Of a DNA stretch of 64,000 nt, positions 21,201 to 36,200 are shown in pieces. Origin of the DNA: Catajapyx aquilonaris (taxonomy: Eukaryota). Numbering within the stretch: position 1 is the first letter of the stretch; each line of letters starts with the position of its first letter. The notes below the pieces were generated by a model. It was given only the letters and a program-made list of their open reading frames with translations, searched no databases and was not told the origin of the DNA. Where the stretch lies: NCBI GenBank assembly GCA_000934665.2, contig KZ538475.1:1-64000 (forward strand). The letters are read 5' to 3'. Made by a program: the position numbers and the translations under genes.

Positions 21201-24200
21201 GGACATTAGTGGTGTCGTACTGGTGGCGCCGGTAAAATAACAAATCGAATACATCGCTTCGATTCGCTCTTCTGCCGCCATCAACTCGTGGCACAACTAG
21301 TACGAAACCAATCATGTCCAGCACTGTATGTACATAGCATAAATCATAGGAATTTTTTAAATGATAGTTTTGAAAGCTGATCCATCCCAAATAGCTCATC
21401 GAAAAATTGCGAAAATGCGCAGATTTGCAATTCAATCTTGTCAAAAATATATTGCTAATACAGTATTGTTTAAAAAAATATTGCTCAACCATTCCGGCTA
21501 ATTATCTCTTATGCATGCTTATTATGGACAAATAATGGGACGCGGAAGCAGTGGGTAGGCAGTTTCTGCATGTTGTAACGACTGCAATTAAGATATCAAC
21601 GACTGGAATAAATATTCTGTTGTGACAAGACACACAATAATCTTCTTCTTGTTATTTAAGCAGTCGGCAGCCTACTTATACGGTAAGGTTGCGGAATATG
21701 ATGGAGGAAAAATTGCCCTCGCATGAATATGCAGACAAGTCCATAACATTAACGGCTGTGTGGGAAAGGGTTTGGCAAAAGTTCAAGCAAGGATAGGCCT
21801 AACTTACGCCTGCTGAATTAATTATTAGCAAGGCAAAATAAGTTGGCCATGTAGGAAAATTTCATCTTTCTTACCAAGAAATGTAATGTTCAAAAATTGT
21901 AAGTTCAGTCACACAAAACTCGTTCTTTTTATCATCACGCACGCAAGGAACGAAAACGAACACATTCACTTATCTTAAGACTGCCTTTAATTGCTTTTGG
22001 ATCAGAGGACAATAAATCCCGAAACTACTTTTCCTGCACGTCCGACACGACAAAATTTCGACGTTATCGCCTTTCGTGAAAGCAGTGGTCACTTCTGGGC
22101 AAAAGGGTGTGTCTAAAATGCACGTGTCCCTTCAAATCGCTTCATCATAGCAACGCCATTCCGAATCCACATGATTGTACTCCGCAACTTTCCCGGAAAA
22201 ACGTCACAAAAATTAGATAGTACCGTTTAAAAATATAGTCGCAAGATTAATGATATACCGGGCTAGTACTATATCTTTTCAGGTTAGAAGTATTGGCAGA
22301 ATATTGGCAAGAAACGCCCCGGGACAAACCCAAAGTTCAGCGACCTTTTTTGCAGAAAAAGAAGATAAGGTGTATCTCCTCCGTTCTGACATCCTCTCAA
22401 ATAAGGAAGCACACGGTGTCAGAAAATCTGGAAAGAAACGCGGTGTCTTTAACCCGTGTTTGTTTCCACCCCTCTTCAGGTGCTAGATTCATGTAACAGT
22501 TTACCAGGAAGAAGTCGAGAATATTTGCCCTCCGAGACTTTTTCTAACCGATCGTTCACGCCGGGTTTCATTCAACCCATGGCCAAGGAAAGGGAAGTCT
22601 GGTGGGGCCTGATGGATAGCAGGATTCTGGGAAAAAGAAGTAAGAGAACCCCATAGAGTAAGGGCGACAAACAGGCGCGGAAAAAGGGCCCGAGGCCTGT
22701 TTGCCTATCGCTCCCTTAATCCCAGCTCGGCAGGCCGATTTTGATAAATGAAGCTGACAGCTGGTGCATTCCGTACCAAAGAGGCCCAGCAAGCAAGGAG
22801 GAGGAGTTGGAAGGCTTTTGTTTCCTGGGCGGCGGACCCAGAGCCTGCTCTTCGGGGGGACAAGTGGATGACCGTGAGGACCATGGTTTCTTCGGCAACC
22901 CTGTATTCTCGTGGGGGTGGTAATGTCCAGAAAAGGCCTTTTCCTTTCTCTACCAAAAGTTACGGTTGGCCCTCCCCCTTCAAACCGAATCATTCCAGAG
23001 CCATATACCAGAGGGGCTGTAAATTAGCACATGACAGGGGACAGTAGTAATCATTAGGCTGTCCAGGACTGACGGACAGTGCAGTAAAATCATGATGTCA
23101 ACACGTGTACCGGGTGGAACAAAAGTCGGCTCATTTGGCTATACACCGGGCTCTAAATAGATCCCAGACATCTGGAGCGGATTCCCTGAATCACCGCGTA
23201 GATCCGCCCCATCCGTGGCAGATTTTGAGAAAACGCAACTTTTTCTTCCCAAATTTAGTCGTGGAGGGAAGGGAGCAGCTTATGGCTCCCAAACAAAGGC
23301 GAATGTCTGAGAGCTGTGCCTTCAGCAAGCAGCTGTTGGTTCTTGATGGAATGGTGGAGAAGAGGACGAGGACACATTACTTTGGGGTGGGGTGGAGGAA
23401 ATGGTGGTGGGGGGGGGGGGNGGGGGGGGGGGGGGGGACTCTCTCGCCCCTGGCCATCCTCCGTGGCAAACATCCGCTCATTTCTGATATACCTCCTGGT
23501 AATGAGGATCATTGGGACTGACTCCTATTTAATTAACGAGAACGTCCACTCAAGGGGGGATTTACTTGCTGGCGTTTTACAACGTGTTGGTTCCAAACAA
23601 GCTGAGTTATTTTGTCAACAGTACGTCGGGAGCGTACTAGCTGAAAACTATGTTTTACTGCCCTTTCCCGAGTTACATCCTGGTAACGCCACAACCCTCT
23701 GCGCGCATTAGTCGCTTAGGTTGTAGATAGAGCAGGAGAAGTAAGGCAGTAGCAGGCGGAGAATCATCAGACCGTTAACATTATCTGCTTTTTGAGTTTT
23801 TTAAAAGGCCGTTAAGAATTTTCCAAGATAAGTGATCGGCTTTTTTATCCGGTTAGCAGCGGTCTTATCATTTCTCTCGACCAATCTAGATTCTGTGGGT
23901 CAATTTGCGGACTCGCGCATTCAAAGTATTGTCGTTTGACTTAAAATAATTATTAAGGGTGGAATTTTCGTCCCACTGCTAGTTAATGCTAACTTATCAG
24001 TACCACTGCCTACACTGGTACTTCTAAGAGATCAGTAACTAGCAGTGGGACGAAAATTCCACCCTAAATTTCAAAAATAAGGCTACTCGACCTCGGATTT
24101 TCGTGTTATTTTAAAAGTAATGGTTCCTAAATCTACGCAATGTAGCCACAAAACGTTACGACTGTCAAAAATTCGCAATTCTGATGCGCAAATTGAGCTC

Positions 24201-27200
24201 CAACCACAGGCTCTTACCACTGACCCAATCTCTTCTCCGCCCAACATCCCATAAACAAACCACTCTCGTCAAAGCCATCCCCCGCCAGATAATGTGAGTC
24301 GAAATAGTCCAATAGTAAAAACCCCCCGAACAAAGGGCTGCCCGAAGTGTACCCTTGACCTCCCCAGGGTGCGTATCAAGTGTTTTTGCCTTTTTCCCTT
24401 TTTGTCCCCCTCCCCCCTGCCCCCTCCCCCTCCCCCTACTGAGTCAAATTTCACCCCACATTGCCAAATCATTTAAGAAAAAAGTGCAATGGCAACCCTG
24501 TGACCTGGGACTGACCAGAGCAGTGACAGATTTATGGACCGCGGAGGTCAATCTGCTCCAGGGACCCTTTAGTAGGAGGGGCACCCCTCTCTCTCTCTCT
24601 TGCGTTCCAACCATATAGAGGGGGCCTTTTCCCCCCTTGGTTCCCCATTAAACCTCCTAATTTCCTGCCGCGATGTAAGGCGGATTTATAGTGCGGGCTC
24701 CAATGGCTGCTTCGCGGAGGCCATGGGTAGCTAACGCAGCTGCTGCCTCTCTCCGGAAGTGACCTCCTCTCTGTACTACTACGGTCTTAGGCCACACAGG
24801 ACGGAAAAAGGATGACTCATACACAACATAAACAGCAAACAACACGAAACTTACTATACGAACCTCTTTTCTGCATGAAGCAAAATAGGTCGTCCAGGAA
24901 TTCTTTTCGTTTGGTGTCGTCGCTGAGTTCGTAGAGCTGAAAAAATAGAGAGGATAATGGGTTAATGACGTGACACATGAGGAAATCCCCAGGACGATAG
25001 TATCGCGTAAAAATGCTACATTTTTTCAGGTAATAAAAATTGAGGCTAAACGCCTACCTATCATTATTATTTTATAGCTGCCTTCGCCTTCAAGGTGGTT
25101 ATTACAATGAGTCATAAAGATAAATTATCTACACATTTACAAACTACGTTAATAAAAAGGCAGCGCACCTGCACAGAATATTATATACACCTATCATTAT
25201 CTGGGATGAGTATTCTTTGACCGTATAAGCATCGGGGAAAAACATGCATTCAATTGGGGTTCGACAATTTTTTTTTCTTCGAAATTTATTTTTGTCGCAT
25301 GCACCGCAAACTGCTGTAGCAAGAGTTTGTTGCCCTTTGGCATGTTTATAGCTTTCTCAGCAGGTAAAATTGTAACAGAGGCAATTTTCATCTTGATACT
25401 ACAATTCCAAACTGTTAACAGTTTGTTACCATATCGTTTTCATAACAAATGCCCCTATTTATGGCACAACCTCCGGGCATAAGTTACCTACTGAACCTTG
25501 GCGTGTTGGCGTCTCGAGATCATCCGCTTTCATAATTTTTCCAGCATTAATTTATACTTTTCGCAAACAGGCAACAGTGTGATAAAGAGACGAACCCTTG
25601 TTGTAATGCTGAGGGTTCAAAAGGGCGCTCTAATGAGGTTTTAAATTATTCTTATTACAAAATGTGCATTTTGACGTTTCGTTTTGAAATGTGGAGTGCG
25701 GAAGGAATTGAACCTTCGACCTTTTCCCTTCCCCCTGAACAAGGCCACACACTTTCTATGCCTAAAGTGCTAATAATGTTTACAGTTCACGCTTCTTTAA
25801 GGTTGGTACTAGACGTGACTTATAACTCCCAAGTTCTCCTACTAACTTTCATGTAACAAATGGTTCGCCAATACCCCACACACTTCAGAGCCTCTTCAGC
25901 TCCACCCGCACGTTTATTAAAATAACATTGCGTTAAACCAACATGATTACAACTGACTCTAGCAGGGGTCCAAAGGAATTGTGATTAATTCCCTACCCCA
26001 TTATCTGTAAGAAGGAGAAAAAATGGTCACGTGCCTGAAGGCATGTAAAGCAAGATGAATCTGGTCCCTCCCCCATCAAATCGACCTCTGCCCTCATGGT
26101 TATTCCTGCATCGATTGACAAATTATCACACAAGGTCAGCATGAGAAGAATACATATTGTAAGCAGTCGACAGCTAACGAATGGGACAGCTCGAGGGGCC
26201 CAATGGCCAGCGGCGGCGTCTCTTCCTCGACTTCCATCATTGCCCCCTTCACGCCTCTTCTTTTTTCCCCTCCTTCTTCTTCACCCCCCCATCACCCGCC
26301 CACAAATAATGGCACCCATTATCATAACAAAGGAACAATCGCAGATTCGAACTAAATTAAGGGCAAGATAAATTGGAAGCAGATCCCGCAGACAAGGAGG
26401 CCTCGTGTTGACCTCGAGCTTCGAGCTGCGAAGCTGCATTTGGTAAAATTACCATTACGTAATGAAATATGCAGATGAGGAGAGGAGCCCCCATCTTTTT
26501 TTTTCTCCGTAATTATTTTCGGTGCCTTGATTTCTTTTAATTTATCCGGCGTCAGTATGGCCCATGATACCCGGGCCGGATGATGGATTGACGTGGCGGG
26601 GCAAGGTGGCTTGTTTTATATCAGACGTGCCCCAAGAGAGAGCGGCAGATTCCATTATGCACGCCGTCCCAGCAGGCAAAGGGCCAACACCTCCGACACC
26701 CCCGCTTTATGAATGTTATTTGCCCCACCTGCCCGCTATGGGGAAGAACCTTGTATCAACACCGGACATCATCCATCATCACCACTTCCTAAGCCAATTT
26801 TTGCCAAAAATGTGTTCCCCCGAGCCTATATTTTGACAATTTTTCCTATACAAATGGACCACCCTGGGGAGTCCACAGGGGGTCACCTGGAGGCTTGGGA
26901 GGATCCGCATTGTCAATCCATGAACCTGACTTTCCATCCCATCTCTCTGATACAGAGGCCGGAGAGAGACTCCCACCTACACTATTTCCAGTCTCTCTCC
27001 ATAGCCACTGCGTTTTATGGCTGTAAACACAACCCACGCCCAGGCCGCAGTGTGAAGTGCGGACTCCGAGCAGCCCAGGACTCAATGCTTGGCTTTATGG
27101 CACCCCCCGAGCTCTTCAGTTGGCGCCGCGCCACTGTACCCCCAGCCTTCCGCCGAAAAATAATGTTACATCTCCCTTCTAATGTTTCCCGGGGACATGT

Positions 27201-30200
27201 CAACCTCGTTGGGAAGCTTACAGAAACAATATTTCACCGCCGCCGGTTGTTTACTGTGCCTGGATTAAGTCCATGTCATATAAACTACAGATCTCCGTTT
27301 AAATCAGGTCCGCATCAGGGCACGTGCGCCAAACGGCGTCGAATTATCTTGTCACACACTGAGTACATACATCCCTCCCACTGTGTGGCGATGCACAACA
27401 AGCAGGGAACAGGTCCCCCCCTGAAGGCCCTGAAGGAGCTGGTCAATTAGGCCATGCAAAAGGTGCCCGGGGTGCTGTAAATCAATCAATGGTCGATTGG
27501 CAGGGTCGCAACCTTGGAAGGCCCAGGATTGCTCCAGGGAAAAGGCGTCATCATGAGTACAAAACTGCGCCATCTTCACCATTCTCGCCTGATTTCACTT
27601 TCCTTCTCCCGTTTATTGCAAGAAAAGGAGTGAGAGAGGGGGGGTAGGGGAGGCCTAGAGAGCTCCCCAGGTTTATAGGCCCGGCTGCGAAACACGCCCG
27701 GCAACAAAAACGCCCGATCGGCCTGTTATCACTCCCTCCTGTCAGTTACGACTGTCTCGCTCCTTTTATTTCCCATAATTCCCGGTCCCAAACACATGGC
27801 ACCAGCCCATAACTGCGCTTTACGAGCCATTCCCGGAAATCCTTGGGCCGGCCGGAATGAGGGGGTTGGTCGGATGAAGGGTATAGGTATATAGAGGGGG
27901 TGAAAGAGAGAGAGAGAGAGAGACCCAAAGAAGAAGGCGTCCCAAAACCAGCGTCCCTTCTCTGGAGGTGCCACACCGGAAGCGTGGTGTGGGTGGGGGT
28001 ATAGGGATGGAACACTTCAAAAATACCTCCAGAGGGTGCCAGCAGCCATCATCATCCGCGAGGTGCCCATTTGCTCCAACACCCAAGCACAACAGAGAGG
28101 GAGAGGGAGGGAGATTGCTCACACGAAACGCCTAGCCCCGAGCGAATGCCTTTTATTGGGCTTTTCATTATCCATGAATCGTCCGGGCTGACATTCACGA
28201 GTGGCTGGAGATGGCGTCGCGTCTCCAGCAGCACAAACCGACGACGGCGCAGACGTCGATGGGAGGTGTCCAGAACCGACGCACCTTCTACTGTTAATCA
28301 TAGCTTAATCCTCAACTAGTCATCAAGAAACAATGACTAACATGGCTAAGTTGAAAAGGCCCAAAATGAGTGAAAGTGTCGGGTCGCCCCAGCACAACGG
28401 ACCACCGGCCTTGGGTTGAAATCTGATGTTTTTCCCGTACGATGCAGTCAATCGGAGGGGTAGAATCTCCGGAAACCTTGAACACCACCACCACCACATT
28501 TTCAAGAGGTCCTCCATCGCAAACACCCAGAATGAGGCCATGCTGGTAAATCAAGACTGTCAGCATCTGTTTCGTGTCACATTGCCCACCAGAAGTCCCC
28601 ACAGCGCGACCTCCGCTAAGGAAAAAGCAGTTTTTTTCTCTCTCTCTCTCTCTCGCAGGCATGCCTTTTCCTACCCAACCGCTACCGGACGTGTTAACAC
28701 CGGTTGCAATGAGTGCAATTATCATGTACTCTAATGTGTTGCAACAATGCGGTCATGCTCGGAAGCCCTAGTGGTCGATTAGCAGCTGGTAGTAAATTCT
28801 ACCCTGGAATATAAAAGATCGGCCTCGTCTGAGAAAGCACAAGAGATGAGGAAATATTCATGCACGTATACTGTATACAGTAATAAGTATTGCACCCTTA
28901 GATGTGTACGAGTTGGACCGCGTGTATTTTGCGAGCAGAAGCTACGTGACTACCATGAGCATGTGCAAATTATTCCTGGATTTCGCACTCCTTCACCTTC
29001 AATCACCGCTCCGCATGAGAACGGCGTATTTAAACAGGTAAAGGGGAACTATACATGCCACTCGGAATTAACCCATACGTTTGCAGAAGACTCGTCCGAG
29101 AACGACGCTAAAGAGCTGGACAGACATTTTTATAGCGATTGACTATTGTAGGTGCAGGTTTGATAACAAGATCCGTGTGTTTGGAATTTCTGTAATCAAA
29201 GCCTGCTCCCACACCGGACAATGACAAATAATCCCAACCACAATTTGTAATCAAACCGGCAGATTAGGTTCCCCCACTAATCTGGAGAATTTTTCTGCTT
29301 CGACACCTGGCATGGAATGGTAATTAATTTCCGAACTTAAACTAGTCCTTGATATTCCGTTCGTGTTTCCTTTAGCTAGATATCTCTGTGAGGTTTTTTT
29401 TATGCGCGTGAAAAAACCAGTTAGGCAGTAATCTCCTCTCTGACTGCGGTGCCTTACGCTTTTGATTTTGATTAATGACTCGTAATCAGTTCTGTAATTT
29501 CCTGTATATCAAGCCCAGATTTGGAACCTTGGGTCGTTCTTCCAAATTGTAAACGTGGTGCTCAGGAGTCCGTGCAACTCGATTCCCTTTTCGGGTTTCT
29601 TCTCTCCCCCCCTCATCTCATTAGGCCCAACCCATAACGAGGTTCCATCATTCCTTCCCACAACCATCACCACCAGCACCACATTGAGCACCGATGGCCC
29701 CCGCTTTAACGACCAAGTAAATCCGGCGGTCCGATAAGTTATTCTCTTGCAGCTGGGAGGCTCATGCATTCGTCTCACGCGCCGTAATCAAGGCCTGGAG
29801 CTCGCTATATAAAAACCCCTCGATGTCCTATATCGAATCTGTCTTTGGTTTCATTTATCCCGGGGATTCATGCGAGTCGTGGCAGGGGCCAGTGATAAGG
29901 GCCAGAAATCACGCCGCCATTTCACGCCCATTTGGCAACCCGAGTGCTCCGCGCCTTTGCTTCTTTTCTTTTTTTTATTCTTCACTCTTTTTTCTTTTCT
30001 CCCTCCCCTGTTTATCCCATCTCTCCTGCCCTCCCGCACTCACATTCATCTGTCTTCTCGCAGGTAGATGCCACCTCAAAACACCCAACCACCCACCCAA
30101 CATTTTTTACCTGACCACTACCCCCCAACACACCTTCGGCCATTTTTCCTCCTTGCAAATATTATGACTGGGGTTTATTTATTTACTCGCGGTTTTTTTT

Positions 30201-33200
30201 TGGGACGGAGAGAGTGTTATAATAAGTTGGGGTGCACGAAAATAATGATAAGCGGCTTGCTTTTTCATTGCGGTGATTAACGGTGAGAGATTTCATTAGC
30301 AGAGTGCGCGACTGCATTTTTTAAAATGTGGTTGAAATTGGAATGAGGCGGGTTATTTAAGGATGTGTCGACAATAAAGAAAATGTGAGTGGAATGTCAA
30401 GTGCAAGTATTGGCGTAATTGTCATATTGAAATTCTGTTCAGATCAATACTCCTACAGCGACTCTTGTTTATTAATTATTATTCATTACCAGCATTTCAT
30501 ACTGAAGCTTTGATGTATAATGTTAAACATCAAATCGATGACATGTATTTCAATTCAAGTTATAATTTCCCTGTTGGGCTGTCTGCCCTTTCAGGGGCAT
30601 GGCATGTATTTTGGCATATCCTTATGCATATTTCTGCATTATCTTCTTAGTTAAATTAATGTATTTAACAGGGTTTATCTTATCTATTTTACGTAAAAAA
30701 CGATATCACACCTCTCTGAGTTTGGAAAACTTCCCATGTACCAATCTCTCTTATCAGTAAGTAACAAAACAAGTGCCCAGCATGCGATTACATTCTACAT
30801 ATCCTGTCCAGCATACTAAATAAGCAATATTATCTACACACCCGTGCCATGACAACAGTATTTTTCCTTTGATTTCTCGCAGGTGGCCAGGTATACCTGA
30901 GAATATGGCCTTACAAACAAGCCAAAGCTGTCATTAAGACCTTCTTTTCAATGATCGTTTATGATAGGGTTATTGTTGACATTTCACAGTCCCATGAGTT
31001 ACAGGAGCATTTAAGATCTTATTTGAAACGTATACCTTCCATCAACAATAAATCAATCACTTCATAGTCATTCGAGTTCTGCATGAGTAAAAAATTTAAA
31101 AGTAGCCTATATATAAATCTGAAGCCTGGTTATGTAAATTAATCGTGGTAAATATTCGGATTCCTTTTGATTTTTGTGGATTGACGCCCGCTAGTGAGGC
31201 AAATCACGTTACACAAATACCCTCAGAATTAGCATTTTTCGGATTTTTCAGACAATCTTTACGTGGCTGTTGTCTCCGCTGAGATGCACATGGTGCCCTT
31301 AAAGTTGTCTTTAGATTAAGTGACTTCTATTTTTGGCATAATCACCCTTCACAGCATCACTGCCAGGAATCCCCTCAGGTCGATGATGCTGACAAGTGAG
31401 ATGCCCTAAAACTCACCGACCATGGGTTCATGCACCTGTTAAAATGCATGGGATTTGAGGACACATAAAAATATGCTCTGACAAGAAGAATGTGACGTCC
31501 ACGTGTCATAAATTGCACATGTTCGAAGCATCAACCCGGAATTTACAATTTATTTTGAAGTTCTTGCATCTTGGCAGAAGACAATAAGCAAATCTGCACA
31601 TTTTGTCAGTCATTTCATAACCACTCACATGTCTATTATAATTTCTGCTCATATAAATATTACATTCATCATATTATATGATATGGTGTATACGAGCATA
31701 ACTGTAAACTATCAGCAGGAGATCCTTCCAGGAGATATCACACACCTTTGTAATTTGTTCAATCCTTCCAATTTATCCAAGCAGATAAAGCACCTGCGCA
31801 TGCCCTCCTGCATACCTAACTAAACAAATAAATGATCTCTCCCGCGTCCAGATTATTTAAAATGAATACATTCCACCCTCCTCCGGGCCCGTAATTCTGA
31901 GCCGCACGTCACAGGGCCGCCTTTTCAGCATAAATTAGTAATCCTCATAAATGGTGGTGAGGGGGGGAGGGGGGGCAGGGGTGAAGAATATCACCCAACC
32001 TCATCTCATCTCACCCAACCGCCTCTATCCCGCCCTCCTCTTTGCTCACCTGCCAAAAACAGGCTCCGGATCGGATGTCCCGCCATATTATATTGAGCTC
32101 GAGAGAGGCCGATCCACAGATGAGAGATGGCCGCGCGCCACACCTATACACACCTCTAACTAAAAGTGAGCCCTGCTCTTTTCAAATGGGGCAGACTCCG
32201 ATGGGGATTCTTGTTACCGGAGGTCGTTAGCCATCCCCTTAACCATCCGACACTAATCCGATCCAGCATTGAGGACCGCCTTCCAAATTGGACCGTGGGG
32301 CCTAACAGCTCGGGACTCGCGAATTCAATTGCGGTTGGACCATCAGGACTATTGCAACTGCTGAGCTGGGGGGGGGGGGGGNNNNNNNNNNNNNNNNNNN
32401 NNNNNNNNNNNNNNNNNNNNNNNNNNNNNNNNNNNNNNGGGGGGGGGGGAGTTCTACCTTAAACGAGCGAATAATTAAAGAGGAGTGTACCTCACAGGTA
32501 GTGGCGGGCAACCAGCCAGCATTACTGTCATCTACGGGATTCCTAGAGAGCCGAGCTTGATTACTCGGACCACCTCAAGCTGTTGGGTGGAGGGAATTAA
32601 GACTGGCCAGCATCTCAAGTTTTCCTGACAAATTGGAGAGATGATAACCAGTCGATGTCCCTGGAAGCCCTTTTTTCGCCCACTTACACTTTTTTTTTTT
32701 TTTTTACCTGCACCAAGCATTCGTGATCGGGGCCCATCTCTTCCATAGCAACCCTCGCCATCTTTCTCTCCCTGACACTCGCTTCACTTCGAAGATTAGC
32801 CTGTCCGAGAGGCTCGCGGCCGCGTACATCACGCCGCTAATTGCACCGATGTAACGGAGGTGAGTGGGGGAAGAAAAAGGTAGGTGAGAGGATGGGTTTA
32901 TATAAACGCGATAGAAGCCCCGCGAGTGGAAATTACTCGGCGAGCCACCTTCCAGATAAATCACGGTGGTCTTAGATTGCTTGCGACATTGGCCGCCATA
33001 AATCAGAAGCCTAGATTGGGCTTATAAACCCCTCCCTTTTTTTCGAGGAGGTGAGCATGCAACAGGTTTTTCGATTAATTGTCGCGGACTAAAAGTGACT
33101 GTGACAACGGTTAGGACCGATTTATATGACTAGGGCCCCTCAATAATCCCCGGAAAAAAAGAAGGGGGGCTCGGGAGGGGGGAATGATGATGATGACGCA

Positions 33201-36200
33201 GGTTTGGTACATGCATAGCCCCAGCTCAAGAGATGAGGGTCACGCTTGTCCCAGGTATGAACAGGACCACTTTTTCTTCGGAAGGAGGCGGAGAGAAGTG
33301 ACAGCCAGATGTCTTTAGATGGTTATCGTGGTGTTGTATCATCTTCCTCTTATCATACGAATGTACACACACGTCAGTGGCAGTAAAATATAGGCGGCGG
33401 GGGGGGTTAAGAAAATGTAGATAATCTATTCGATGGGTGTCTTACGTCACTGGCGCTGGCATTAATATAATGGTCATTACAAGTGTCAACACAAAACTGG
33501 GAGATGTCCTTGGCTTTTGTCAGGCAGAGCAGCAGCAGCAGCTCGCGGCGTTTTGTTCCTCGATAATAAAGTAGTTACCATGTTATTACTTTGACGCCGT
33601 GCTATGGTGCGTTACCTGCTCTATTCATCCAGCCATGTCCAGAATGTCTGACATGATAAACGCGCAATAGCCCAGACACGTACTACGATTTATTTATTTT
33701 TTTGCCTTCCTCGTTATGCAGTTGATGAGCCAGCATGCAAGCCACACTCTTTGTCAATTTCCACTTAAACGAAAATGGCCTCATGATGCATCCTTTATGT
33801 GGAAAATCGCTCCTTCATTGTATACAGATGGAAAAATCATTCCATTAATTTTTTAATTAAAAAGGTGTATTCTACTTATTTAAGAGAAAGGATAAGTGGA
33901 AACATTCGGTGGAAGAAGTGCTAAAAAATTTCAGGAGAGGTCTGAATACACAAGGTTGGACCCCCCTCCTGACACCCCTTCCAAAAAGTTCTTTTATAGA
34001 CTCCGCCACTATAAAAGCAATACGCAGGGACCTACCGGCCCGCGCTTCTCCACGGCGCCATAAACCACTTTATCTGGGCCATCGGAGGAAGAACAACTGT
34101 TCCATTTGGACACCGAGCCCCCGATTGTAAATCACCATCGCGTCAGCCTGGAATTCCAAGCTTTTTCTCTCTCCTGCAGGAGGCGCGGGCTCGGAATGTG
34201 CCCTCCCGTTCCCCATTTCTTCCTTCCTTTTTTTTATTATTCCAGGAAACTCGCAAGGCGGGCTAGGCTCTCCTGGATTTTCGATAGTCATTGCCTATCA
34301 ATGGCCCCAACCTCCCCGTGACACCCGGACGGTCCCCTACAGATTAATTATCCAGATATCCTAAGCGTCAGACTACGCCCATTGACGACCGTCTCCACTT
34401 GTTGCCGACCCTAAAGATCCCTCCAGATGACCATCTTCTGTGCTCAACCCCCCTCATTTCCCAGTGTGTTTGTCACAATTTACTCTCCATTTGTTGGGGC
34501 CTTGCGATGATAATCTAGCTGCACTTGGCTCGGATGTAGAGCACCAAAAATTATGGATCTCCTCTTGCTACATCGATATTGACAGTGAGCATCAGTTAAG
34601 GACTAAGCGGAGTCCCCTTCACACCGCAGTATAAATCGTGTCCGAGGATCCACCCACAGGTAATGGCTCGGCTCCGAAAATAAAACCGACTATAATAGTA
34701 TACCATCCCAGATGTCCGGCGTCAAATTAAAATTATCAGATCCCGTCCCATGTATTTTTTCTCCCTGTAAAACGGGATCTCATATACTCGGATTAGTCCC
34801 GCTGCAATTAAATTTATACTAAACGTCCGACTCCGCACTATTTCATATATCAAATCCCGGCCTTGTAAATGGTCGAGTGAGTATCAGTCTGATGTGAAGG
34901 TGTTGATTAAGATGGCGCAAGTTTTACCCCCTGCAGATAAGGGCCTCTCTGGCTCTCCATCAATGCCTGCAGCTGCTGCTATGATCAGGCTCCATTTCAG
35001 CCTGATTGGCGCATCACTCAGGGGGAGCCACGGGCTGTAATGGGCACGAACTTCCGGCCGCCTAGGGGTCCATTCGTCAACCGGACCCAACCATCCATCA
35101 ACCCTAGGCCTCCGCAGCTTCCCCAAGCACATCTAGTCAATATCCATCCAATCCAGAGGCAAATGGAGAGAGAGAGAGAGCCGCCGCCTATATCTATATA
35201 TATATTTTTTTCTGCAAAGCTTGAGACTCCAGTGCGCACTTACTTCTCTTTTACGAGGCGCAGATGAGGTCGGCGACCGGCGCAGTAGTATACCGGAGAC
35301 ACGCCCCCTCCTGCAGCACTTACCGGTCGTTCACCGGACCAATCATCCGTCCCCCATGTCCTCAAACGGGCACAAAAATTATTGTCAATTAGGCAGGTGC
35401 GCGCATATACTGACCACACTTGGCCTTGAGGTGGATTCATTTTGCAATGCGATGAATCCACCAGGTACGCTTGATGTGTTTCCAACAAAGCACAATAATG
35501 GCGGCCTTTTGATTTAAGGTGCCCATTAATCGTTTATAGCGTTTGAATAAGCTTGGTGCTGGGGGCTCGAAGCAAACGGAGGCGCCGTCGGCAACAGAAG
35601 GTGGCGACACAGGAAGGGCGAGGCCGCCAGTCTCAGGGTGGCCAATTCGCAACGGCCTCCGCCTATCCAAATGGAGGAGGAAGTATCGCCTTTGTCCAAC
35701 CGAGTCCGGAAGACTCCAGAGGACCCACAGGTACAACCCGGCCCCGTGCTTCCACATCGTGTGTGTGTGTTTTATTCCCACACTTTAAAAGGACGGGCGT
35801 GGCGCGTAATCCCTTGATTGCGGTATTACCGGTACGAATTTTTGGTTCCTTCACTGTAAAATGTGGGAATGAAGCACAGTATTTACCTCTTAACAAATGA
35901 GGCACGGCGTGTCCAGAATTCTTCAGGCGCTATTCGGCTGTTACGACCACTCTGTATAACATCACCATCTTGGCTGGCTAACACCTCGGCTAATTTTTTA
36001 AACTATTTTGGCAAAGGTGCCAGATTCATCCGCGTCATTCGTGCGGTTAATGTTCCAATATAGTGGAGTCTCACCAGGTCTCTTATGAAAAATAAATGGT
36101 GGGCATCTTGTGCGTGAACGCGTGCGGGACACCCAGTGGCCCACCCCCCTGCCCTTCCTCCCATTCTATATGCCCCATCTCGTGCCAGGAGAGAAGAAGA

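Noticed and set aside
21361..21384. 14-nt match (ttttgaaagctgat) to the 3' part of bantam miRNA
   Set aside because: The seed is absent and no complementary arm is visible.
26713..27450. 245-aa plus-strand ORF
   Set aside because: Intronic, no recognisable domain, composition looks like translated non-coding DNA.
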